This document shows positions 9,331-17,366 of a DNA stretch of 64,000 nucleotides, one piece after another. Within the stretch, counting starts at the first letter, position 1. The number at the start of each line of letters is the position of its first letter. The stretch is taken from the NCBI GenBank assembly GCA_964383805.1, contig CAYLIM010000006.1:158-64157 (forward strand), read 5' to 3'. The position numbers and the translations under genes are program-made. A model generated the notes under the pieces. That model saw nothing but the letters and a program-made list of their open reading frames with translations. It had not been told where the DNA came from and did not search any database. This DNA is from an uncultured Acetatifactor sp. GTDB lineage: Bacteria; Bacillota; Clostridia; Lachnospirales; Lachnospiraceae.

Positions 9331-9430
9331 TACTGACTAACGTTAAGATTTTCCAATTTCCGCACAGCACATGCCGCATAATTGGGCAGCATGCGCTGTG
9401 CGGAAAGGAAAATCTAACCGTTAGTGAGTA
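9331..9430. repeat. 100-bp imperfect palindrome (REP/MITE-like), family 2, copy 1
   Basis: Arms TACTGACTAACGTTAAGATTTTCCAATTTCCGCACAGCACATGC / GCATGCGCTGTGCGGAAAGGAAAATCTAACCGTTAGTGAGTA. A near-identical inverted copy lies at 21748-21847. Confidence 0.9.
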
Positions 9431-9453
9431 CAAAACAGGAGATTACATAAATT

Positions 9454-10992
9454 ATGGGCAAAATCATGGGAAGTGAGCCGCTGGGAAAATTCTACTGCGG
9501 CAAAAAAGCAAAGAAACGCCGGGAGTGGCGGGGGTTTAGAGACACCTGGTACGACTATGTACACTGGCTGGGTATCTGGAAAACCCTGATCGGCTTTATG
9601 CTCCATTTAAACAATCTAAGAGCCTTTTTCCGCTACCGCTGGATGGTAAACTATCTGGCCGTTCCGGACTTCTTTGACCGGCATACGGAAGGGCTGAGAG
9701 GTACTCAGCTGCGCATCACGCGCACCTCTCTGGAGCTGGTGGTAACAGATATGTGCAAGAGCATGGGAGTAATGTTCCGGGCAGACCCCGCTCTGGGCAA
9801 CGACAAGGCGCTGAACGAGCGGCTGGTGGTCTTTGACGAAAATATGATGAGCGAGATTATGAACGGATTTCCCAATCTGAAATGGGTGTCCGTGGAGGTC
9901 CCGGCGGTGTACACCTGCGCCATGATGGCTCAGGACAGCCTGTTCTACTATCTGGATAAGGCCCAGGAATACGGCATTCCCAGCGATGTATGCCCCATGC
10001 CTGCGGCGGAGTTCGGAGTGTCCCTGGAGGACGATTATCCCCGCATCGGCAAATGCGCCATCCAGTGCAATACCACCTGTGACGGCAGCCTGATGGGCAA
10101 CGGACTTATGGCTGCCCGAATGGGGATTCCCACTTTCCAGCTGGCAGTGCCCATCCGCCACGACGAAGACAGCGTACAGCAGTATGCGGCGGAAGAGATT
10201 CATAGCGCCATCGCTTTTATTGAACAGCAGACAGGGGAAATCTTTGACTGGGACGCCTTTTTTGCCTCCATGAAGGACTTCAACCAGGAGACAGCGCATC
10301 TGCTGGAGTGGTATGAGGTGTCCCGCTCCCCCTATCCCCAGTTCACGGACAACAGTCTGTCTCTGTACCGCTACGCCGTCTATATGGCTGCGGGCGGCAG
10401 AGAAAAGGAATTCCTGCGCCGGGATCAGCAGCTGACGCAGCTGGTAATGAGAGGCTATGAGCGCAAAGAACCCTGTGCTGTGGAACTGCGCCACCGGGCC
10501 ATCACCTGGGGCGTACAGGCCGCCTACTACACAGCTTTTGCCGGATGGCTCACCAACTGCTGGGGTATTGTGCCGCTGGTGGATATGCTGACTCTCTGCT
10601 CCACCAGGGAGGTCAACACAGAGGACCCTGAGAAGGCAATATACGACCTGGCTTATCTGTATGAAAAAATGATTATGCGCAGTCGCTCCAACGGCGGCTA
10701 CGAGGTGGGTGTGGCGGATTTGTGGCGCTACTGTGAGTATTTCCATGCGGATATGGTCATCATGTACGCCCATATGGGCTGCAAATCCATGTCCGGCTAC
10801 CATGGACTTTTTGAGGAGGAGGCCCACAAGCACGGCATACATTTGGTATGGGCTACCCACGGCCTTATGGACGCCAGAGGCGTGGGACGCAGGGACATGC
10901 GCACAGAAGTCAACCGCTACATGCGCACCGTGCTGCGGGAAGAACCTTTAGACCCCAGTTTGGAGGATTTTGACGACGAGCGAGCCTGGTAA
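9454..10992 (+). CDS. 2-hydroxyacyl-CoA dehydratase family subunit (HgdA/FldB-like) with N-terminal extension
   Basis: GIPSDVC, NTTCDG, AIAFIEQQTGEIFDWD, HMGCKS. Co-oriented with the partner subunit. Confidence 0.82.
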   Translation: MGKIMGSEPLGKFYCGKKAKKRREWRGFRDTWYDYVHWLGIWKTLIGFMLHLNNLRAFFRYRWMVNYLAVPDFFDRHTEGLRGTQLRITRTSLELVVTDMCKSMGVMFRADPALGNDKALNERLVVFDENMMSEIMNGFPNLKWVSVEVPAVYTCAMMAQDSLFYYLDKAQEYGIPSDVCPMPAAEFGVSLEDDYPRIGKCAIQCNTTCDGSLMGNGLMAARMGIPTFQLAVPIRHDEDSVQQYAAEEIHSAIAFIEQQTGEIFDWDAFFASMKDFNQETAHLLEWYEVSRSPYPQFTDNSLSLYRYAVYMAAGGREKEFLRRDQQLTQLVMRGYERKEPCAVELRHRAITWGVQAAYYTAFAGWLTNCWGIVPLVDMLTLCSTREVNTEDPEKAIYDLAYLYEKMIMRSRSNGGYEVGVADLWRYCEYFHADMVIMYAHMGCKSMSGYHGLFEEEAHKHGIHLVWATHGLMDARGVGRRDMRTEVNRYMRTVLREEPLDPSLEDFDDERAW

Positions 10993-11006
10993 TATATCCC
11001 TTTGCC

Positions 11007-11240
11007 ATGGACCGTACTCAATACAGGAAGGATGATTACTGCATTGAATGTTCGGAGGACGGGGAGACATTCCGGCAGATGCGCATCTGCCATATGCATA
11101 GCGGTAAGGGCAAAATCCGTTTCGTCATATACGCCTGCTCACCGGAAGACTCCTCATTTAAAGCCATGTTTTCCAACATGGAGATAACTGTCTGTCAGTG
11201 GAACGCTCGCGACGGCCAACAGCCGGACGAGAACTGTTGA
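11007..11240 (+). pseudogene. C-terminal remnant of a DUF1349-like beta-sandwich protein
   Basis: RKDDYCIECSEDGETFRQMRICHM...IYACSPEDSSFKA resembles, from recall, the C-terminus of DUF1349 proteins. TTG start with no RBS; N-terminal part missing. Confidence 0.55.
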
Positions 11241-11268
11241 CATTGGGCCTCTCATATTACAATTTATG

Positions 11269-12186
11269 CTATTTCCTTGACAAGTTACTACGAAACTCGT
11301 CAAAGCTGTCCACGCCAGGGGCTGCAAGATACCATTTTCTCAAGATATCCTTATTCTCTTCTGTTTCAATGCGCAGACGGATATCCTCCGGAATCTCTCC
11401 GAGGCGCTCTAAAAAATCATAAATGACTTGCCTGCTCTGCTCAAGGCTGCCTTCGGTATGGCCCTCTGCAAGTCCTTCGGCATGGCCATCTTGTTTGGCC
11501 GCCTCTTTTAGCGCCCACAGATCTCTCTGGTATTTCAGGTGTTCTTCATATCTCCACTTTGCCCATTTGAATAGATTCATCACCTTTACCTCTTCCACCG
11601 CTTTCATAACTCCCGCATTCTCGCTCTGCATCTCATCCAATTCCTCTCTGCTTTCCACTCGAAACAACCGTATCCAGTCATCCATCCTGTCCCCGGTAAG
11701 TTCCTTATTCAATTCAATGACATGTATCTCGAACTGATCCGAGTACTGTCTACCCTTCTGATCCCGCAGACAATACACCTTGTGATAGTCGGGAAATGAA
11801 TCCAGATCGAAATCCAGAATGCTGACCACTATGCATTTCTTCAACCGCTCATAAGACTGTCCACTAAATACACCGTCCGTGTACATCTTTGCCAAGTAGA
11901 ACAAACTGCGCTTGTCCCAGTAAGCCAGTCTTCTGACCTGCAATTCTACATTGATTCTGCGGTTGTCGTTAAGCAGTATCCTGACATCCAGAACGCACTG
12001 TTTCTCCTGCCTGCTGCGCCTGCTCAAAAAGGTGTTCTCCAGACGCACTGACCGGATCTCTTCCAGAGGAATCCCTAATGCATCACTGATAAAGTGCTTA
12101 CGCACCTCCCCATTACGCATTAACTCCTTGAATGCCACATCTGCCTTCGGGGGAATAAATTTTCCCCACATTTCTTTTCTACCCAT
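11269..12186 (-). CDS. Rpn-family recombination-promoting nuclease / PD-(D/E)XK putative transposase
   Basis: PKADVAFK, LDVRILL...INVELQ, RSLFYLAKMY, EIHVIEL, and C-terminal EG repeats (GHAEGLAEGHTEG). Start follows GGGAGG. Confidence 0.88.
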   Translation of the reverse strand: MGRKEMWGKFIPPKADVAFKELMRNGEVRKHFISDALGIPLEEIRSVRLENTFLSRRSRQEKQCVLDVRILLNDNRRINVELQVRRLAYWDKRSLFYLAKMYTDGVFSGQSYERLKKCIVVSILDFDLDSFPDYHKVYCLRDQKGRQYSDQFEIHVIELNKELTGDRMDDWIRLFRVESREELDEMQSENAGVMKAVEEVKVMNLFKWAKWRYEEHLKYQRDLWALKEAAKQDGHAEGLAEGHTEGSLEQSRQVIYDFLERLGEIPEDIRLRIETEENKDILRKWYLAAPGVDSFDEFRSNLSRK

Positions 12187-12537
12187 CTCATACCTCCCAG
12201 TGTATTGCAACACTGCCCTTGAGCAATGCCGCAATGCAGGAGATAAACGGCAAAATACACTTTTTCTCCCCGAAAATCTCCTGCTTCTTTTCAATTGTCT
12301 TTTTTGAATTTAAAGCATAGATTTTCCGATAGCTTGAAAAGTGAATTGCTTTATCAAAATGAAAAGAAATATATGCTTTGAAAGTATACTAGCATATATG
12401 GAGCAGAATTGCAAGAGCTTTTTATTTGCAATAATGCGGTTGAGCATAAAGGGTAATTATGGTACAATCTACCCGTACAGAAAACATTACCCCCATTGAA
12501 AAAGGGGTGAACCAATTTACTATTCGGGAGGGCAGAT

Positions 12538-13050
12538 ATGGAAAAAGGACGTATCATATTTTTGAACGGAGTGACCAGCGCCGGAAAGACCTCTATTGTG
12601 GAGGCGTTGCAGGAGCGTGACGATGTCTTCTTTTATGTGGTGGCCAATGATCTGTTTCAGGAGATGGTAGGGGACAAATATCTGCGGCAGAATTACTGGA
12701 AGTACCTCAGCGAAGTAATCATTATGATGTACCACACGGCAAAGCTGTATTCCGATATGGGTAAGAATGTGCTGATCGACGGTATACTGGTGGAGCGGGA
12801 AGAGATCAGGCCTCATTATCGGCAGCTGCTGGAAATTCTAAAGGACAACCCTCTGGACATAGTCGAAGTGTACTGTCCCCTGGAGATCTGCAGGCAAAGG
12901 AACATCGACAGAGGAGATCGGTATGAGACACAGTCGGAGGAACAACATGCATTGATGGCAGAAAATATTGCGTACAGCGTCAGGGTTGACACCAGCGTAC
13001 AGAGTCCGGAAAAATGCGCGGATACCATTGTCAGCGCACTGTTTCCCTGA
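12538..13050 (+). CDS. chloramphenicol-phosphotransferase-like P-loop kinase
   Basis: IIFLNGVTSAGKTS, VLIDG, VYCPLEICRQRN, RGDR, VDTS. Confidence 0.75.
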   Translation: MEKGRIIFLNGVTSAGKTSIVEALQERDDVFFYVVANDLFQEMVGDKYLRQNYWKYLSEVIIMMYHTAKLYSDMGKNVLIDGILVEREEIRPHYRQLLEILKDNPLDIVEVYCPLEICRQRNIDRGDRYETQSEEQHALMAENIAYSVRVDTSVQSPEKCADTIVSALFP

Positions 13051-13080
13051 GAGACCTTCATGAATCCGGAGGAATATCCT

Positions 13081-13638
13081 ATGAGTGATTACGAGATCAG
13101 AACCGTTACCGTGGACGACGCCGAGCAGCTGCTGGCTATTTATTCCTACTATGTGGAAAATACTGCCATTACCTTTGAATATGTCCCACCAACTTTGGCG
13201 GAGTTTAAAGACCGTATCTTCAACACTTTGAAAAAATATCCTTACCTCTGTATTCTGAAGGAGGGCACCATTCTTGGGTACGCCTATGCCGGGCCGTTTC
13301 ACACGCGGGCGGCGTACCAGTGGACGGCGGAGCTGACCATATATCTGGCACCAGGCGCCCGGAAATGCGGACTGGGACGGATGCTGTATGATACATTGGA
13401 AAGCCGATTAAGGGAAATGGGCATCCTGAATCTGTACGCCTGCATTGGCTATCCCAGGACAGAGGACGAATACCTGACTCAAAACAGTTCCCAATTCCAC
13501 GAACATATGGGATATACAATAGTGGGGGAATTTCATAATTGCGGATACAAGTATGGACGCTGGTACGACATGATATACATGGAGAAGATAATCGGTGAGC
13601 ACACTGCCAATCCCTCTTCGCCGAAACACGCAGTATAA
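13081..13638 (+). CDS. GNAT N-acetyltransferase, phosphinothricin acetyltransferase (Pat/YncA) family
   Basis: IYSYYVENTAITFEYVPP, GYAYAG, RAAYQW, GLGRMLY, GYKYGRWYD. Confidence 0.88.
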   Translation: MSDYEIRTVTVDDAEQLLAIYSYYVENTAITFEYVPPTLAEFKDRIFNTLKKYPYLCILKEGTILGYAYAGPFHTRAAYQWTAELTIYLAPGARKCGLGRMLYDTLESRLREMGILNLYACIGYPRTEDEYLTQNSSQFHEHMGYTIVGEFHNCGYKYGRWYDMIYMEKIIGEHTANPSSPKHAV

Positions 13639-13738
13639 GATACAGCGATGTCAATTTGCTTTTTCGTGGCGGAACTGGTACAATAGGTATAATGCGTATG
13701 ACCTTACCAAATCAAATATATTTCCCGGAGGAAGACAA

Positions 13739-14533
13739 ATGAAATATTACGGTGGCTGTGATGCCGGAAGTACCTATACAAAATGCGTGATTCTAGACGA
13801 GACAGGGCATATCGCCGCCCATGTGACCACCCGCAGCCGGATCAATCCCGTGCTCAGCGCCCAGGCCGCCCTGCAGGAGGCTGTGACTCAGATACCGGAG
13901 TTGGATAAGGCCGAGGACCTTTCCTACCTGGTGGGCACAGGTTATGGCCGGAACAAAGTACCTTTTGCGGACGAGAATATCTCCGAGATCAGCTGTCACG
14001 CCATGGGAGTGCATGTGACCAATCCGCAGATTCGGGCGATTATCGACATCGGCGGCCAGGACGTGAAGGGCATTGCGGTAGATAAGGACGGCACAGTGCT
14101 GGATTTTGCCATGAACGACAAATGTGCTGCCGGAACGGGCCGTTTCTATGAGACTATGGCCAATGCCTTTGAGATGTCCTTGGAAGACTTTTCCAGACTG
14201 TCTCTCTCCGCCAAAAATGTGATCCCCATTACCGCTCAGTGTACGGTCTTTGCCGAGAGTGAGGTTATCTCTCTGGTGGGGGAGGGCAAACCCATGGAAG
14301 AGATTGCCGCCGGAATCCAGATGTCTGTGGCAAAGCGCTGCTTTGTCATGGCAAAAAAGGCCGGGGCCGCCGACAGCCTGGCCCTTACCGGCGGGTGCGC
14401 CAAGAATGCGGGACTGAAAGACGCCATTGAAAAAGTACTGAAGATTAAGGTTATAGATCTGGACATTGACCCCCAGCTGATGGGCGCCTTAGGCGCTGCG
14501 GAATTCGCCAGGCAGAAAGGAGGAAACGCATGA
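13739..14533 (+). CDS. acyl-CoA dehydratase activase (HgdC/FldI/BadF-type ASKHA ATPase)
   Basis: GCDAGSTYTK, TGYGR, EISCHA, DIGGQD, MNDKCAAGTGRF, CTVFAESE, TGGCAKN. Start follows GGAGG. Confidence 0.92.
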   Translation: MKYYGGCDAGSTYTKCVILDETGHIAAHVTTRSRINPVLSAQAALQEAVTQIPELDKAEDLSYLVGTGYGRNKVPFADENISEISCHAMGVHVTNPQIRAIIDIGGQDVKGIAVDKDGTVLDFAMNDKCAAGTGRFYETMANAFEMSLEDFSRLSLSAKNVIPITAQCTVFAESEVISLVGEGKPMEEIAAGIQMSVAKRCFVMAKKAGAADSLALTGGCAKNAGLKDAIEKVLKIKVIDLDIDPQLMGALGAAEFARQKGGNA

Positions 14534-14706
14534 TTGCGCTGAAAGTTATCCTTATCATACTCGCCATAGTCTTTGCGCTGTTTCTCCTGAGTCTGATTAT
14601 CTACTTTTTCAATCTGGACATGAAGTTTGCCGCCGCCATGACCCCAGTAATGAACAAGTACTATGACTGGCAGAAACGCAGGCGTGAGAAAGGGAAAAAA
14701 GAATGA
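14530..14706 (+). CDS. 58-aa single-pass membrane protein (not in the ORF track)
   Basis: MIALKVILIILAIVFALFLLSLIIYFFNLDMKFAAAMTPVMNKYYDWQKRRREKGKKE. RBS AAAGGAGG, ATGA overlap with the activase, and stop 1 nt before the next ATG. Confidence 0.8.
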   Translation: MIALKVILIILAIVFALFLLSLIIYFFNLDMKFAAAMTPVMNKYYDWQKRRREKGKKE

Positions 14707-14707
14707 T

Positions 14708-15433
14708 ATGAACCTATACGATAGCCTAATCCGGGAGTGCCTCGACCTGGTCGGAGATACCGCTCCCCGTACTCTGTCTCCAGCGGTGGATGAACCCCTG
14801 TGGCAGACGGAGGAGGAACAGCGGCTTATCTTTCAGAGGGATATGGCCTATGAGCTTGGCGGAAACGGCCTGCCCGCCGTCAGTGCTCTCGCCTACACCT
14901 CACAGGCTACCGAAAGTGACAAACTGCTGCTCTGCGGCCCGGACCTTCCGGAACTAAAAGCCAACTCCCCTTATGCCCGGCTCACAGTGCTGCATATTGA
15001 CGACGGAGATTGGCAGGATGACCAGCAGGCTTACCGGCTGTTGCGGCAGATGGAGTACACCAGATACCATGTATACCCAAGGGGATATATGATGCGGATT
15101 TCCACCTCCGCCGGGCGGGAGCCGGTACGGGTCGACCGCAGAGCGCTGCAGGAGGGCCTGAACTTCACCCGGGTAGGACAACTTTTTCTCCATGCTTACC
15201 ACCAGCATCCCCAGGTGCAGGCAGTCACGATGCTGTTTGTCACTGCTCCTGCCTTTCCGTATGATCTTCTGGCAGAAAAGGCAGCTGCGATGGAGACCGT
15301 CACAAGCTCTCTGGATCATATCTTTAACCGCCTGGTGATGGACTGCCGCAGCTGCAGCCTGAAACCTGTGTGCGATGAGGTGGAGGGATTGCGGGAACTG
15401 CATTTCAAATTTACAGATAAAAAAGGACTGTAG
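14708..15433 (+). CDS. protein resembling the acetyl-CoA synthase middle domain, with a C-terminal CxxCx5C motif
   Basis: YELGG, LCGPDL, MRIS...VRVDRRALQEGL.F..VG, VQAVTMLFVT pattern recalls ACS domain 2. C-terminal DCRSCSLKPVCDEV. Confidence 0.6.
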   Translation: MNLYDSLIRECLDLVGDTAPRTLSPAVDEPLWQTEEEQRLIFQRDMAYELGGNGLPAVSALAYTSQATESDKLLLCGPDLPELKANSPYARLTVLHIDDGDWQDDQQAYRLLRQMEYTRYHVYPRGYMMRISTSAGREPVRVDRRALQEGLNFTRVGQLFLHAYHQHPQVQAVTMLFVTAPAFPYDLLAEKAAAMETVTSSLDHIFNRLVMDCRSCSLKPVCDEVEGLRELHFKFTDKKGL

Positions 15434-15469
15434 AGAAGTATTCTACAGTCCTTAAAATTTTGTCTCTCA

Positions 15470-17161
15470 TCAGCTGTCAAACGAAACCTTAACCATCTCC
15501 TCAAAGGAGGTAGTGCCGTCCAGCACATACTCTGTGGCGCTCATGCGCAGAGTATACATACCCTCCTGCAGAGCCTGCTCCTTGATGGCATCAGCTCCCA
15601 GACGCTTGCTGATAATCGTCTTCAACTTGGGGGTTATCCTCATGATCTCATACACACCGATACGGCCCTTGTAACCGGTATTGTCACACTTGCTGCAGCC
15701 GCAGGGCTGATAGATCGTCACATCCTCGTCCATATTGCAGTTCATTATTTCCTTTTCATCAGCCGTTGCCAGTCTGGGTTTCTTGCACTCCTTACACAGA
15801 CGGCGCACCAGACGCTGAGCGATAACGCCAACTACGGAATCGGCAATCAGATAGGATTCGATACCCATATCCTCCAGACGAGTGATGGTGCTGGCGGAGG
15901 AGTTGGTATGCAGCGTACTCACCACCAAGTGGCCGGTGATAGATGCCTGCACGGCGATACTGGCAGTCTCCTGGTCACGAATCTCACCGATCATAATGAT
16001 ATCCGGGTCCTGACGCAGAATGGAACGCAGGGCTGAAGCGAAAGTCAGCTCCGCCTTAGGATTGACCTGCACCTGATTGATACCGTCGATATTTGCCTCC
16101 ACAGGATCCTCAACGGTAATAATATTTACATCCTCTGTATTCAGTTCACTCAGCGCAGTATACAGCGTGGTGGACTTACCGCTACCGGTAGGCCCTGTCA
16201 CCAGCAGAATACCGTGAGGATTCTTCAAAATGTAGTCAAACTGCTCCATCTCTCTGGGCTTTAATCCCAGCTGGCTCTTCTCCTTGTTCAGGCCTGACTT
16301 GGAGGTCAGACGCATAACGACTTTCTCTCCATATACCGTGGGCAGCACGGACACACGGATATCGTACTCCATCCTATCCACCACCTGAGTGATACGACCG
16401 TCCTGGGGTTTTCTCTTCTCGGAAATATCCATGCCGCCGATAATCTTGATACGGGCAACCATGGCATTTAAGACATTAATGTCATATTTAGCCTTCTCAT
16501 AGAGGGCGCCGTCAATACGATAACGAACCCGAACCTTGCGCTCCGTGGGTTCGATATGGATATCGGAAGCTCTCTGACGCACGGCCTTGTCGATCATCTC
16601 TTTGACCAGCATAACGATAGGAGAATTGTTGATATCCTCCTCCGCGGCATCCACTTCCTCCACATTCAGATTCTTCTCCTTGGCGTAGGCCTCCAGAGCC
16701 GTGGTCACCTCGTCCTGCCCATAATATTTGTCGATGGCCAGCATGATATTCCGGGTGGTAGTCACGGCAGGCTCCACCTGGCAGTTGGTGATGATGGAGA
16801 TATCATCCTGCGCATACATATCCATGGGGTCAGCCATGGCGACACGCAGCACATTCATACTGTCCTGAGCATACTCAATGGGGAAAATCTTGTTTTTCTT
16901 CAGTACATTTACCGGAATCAAATCCAGAATATCCTGGCTGACCGCAATGGTAGTCAAGTCAATCAGCTCAATATGCAACTGTGTACTCAGCGCCATGGCA
17001 ATCTGCTCTTCCGTCACAATGCCCTCATCCACCAGCACCTCGCCCAGTTTCTTGCCGCTGCCCTTCTGCATATCCAATGCCTGCAGCAGCTGCGTATTAG
17101 TGATTGCCTTGCTGTCGACCAGCACGTCACCTAAACGTAATTTTTTTCTGCTAATATCCAT
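15470..17161 (-). CDS. pilB: type IV pilus assembly ATPase (PilB/GspE) with N-terminal MshEN-like region
   Basis: RLGDVLV...KKLGEVLV N-terminus, ASDIHIEP, GPTGSGKSTT, TVEDPVE, LRQDPD, TGHLVVSTLH, and CxxC/CxxC zinc motif. Confidence 0.92.
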   Translation of the reverse strand: MDISRKKLRLGDVLVDSKAITNTQLLQALDMQKGSGKKLGEVLVDEGIVTEEQIAMALSTQLHIELIDLTTIAVSQDILDLIPVNVLKKNKIFPIEYAQDSMNVLRVAMADPMDMYAQDDISIITNCQVEPAVTTTRNIMLAIDKYYGQDEVTTALEAYAKEKNLNVEEVDAAEEDINNSPIVMLVKEMIDKAVRQRASDIHIEPTERKVRVRYRIDGALYEKAKYDINVLNAMVARIKIIGGMDISEKRKPQDGRITQVVDRMEYDIRVSVLPTVYGEKVVMRLTSKSGLNKEKSQLGLKPREMEQFDYILKNPHGILLVTGPTGSGKSTTLYTALSELNTEDVNIITVEDPVEANIDGINQVQVNPKAELTFASALRSILRQDPDIIMIGEIRDQETASIAVQASITGHLVVSTLHTNSSASTITRLEDMGIESYLIADSVVGVIAQRLVRRLCKECKKPRLATADEKEIMNCNMDEDVTIYQPCGCSKCDNTGYKGRIGVYEIMRITPKLKTIISKRLGADAIKEQALQEGMYTLRMSATEYVLDGTTSFEEMVKVSFDS

Positions 17162-17366
17162 ACTTTTTCTGACCTCGCACTTCCCGGCGGCAGCAAAACT
17201 CCGAACAATCAAAAAAATTGCTGCTCTGTTTGTATATTATAGCACAACTTTGTAAATTCGTATATGTTTTTTTTAGCGAAAATTGCAGGTCAAAAAAGAC
17301 TACAGCTAAAACCTGTTCCCAGAGATGCCCTCGCAGCGGCACATTCGTCAGAAACGTTTTCGCAGT

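Noticed and set aside
12538-13638. Antibiotic-resistance cassette (CPT-like + Pat-like)
   Set aside because: Both families are widespread with unknown substrates, and nothing in the sequence indicates drug specificity.
14708-15433. Carbon monoxide dehydrogenase / Wood-Ljungdahl pathway
   Set aside because: The protein is far too short and lacks A- and C-cluster domains. No other acs genes are in the window.
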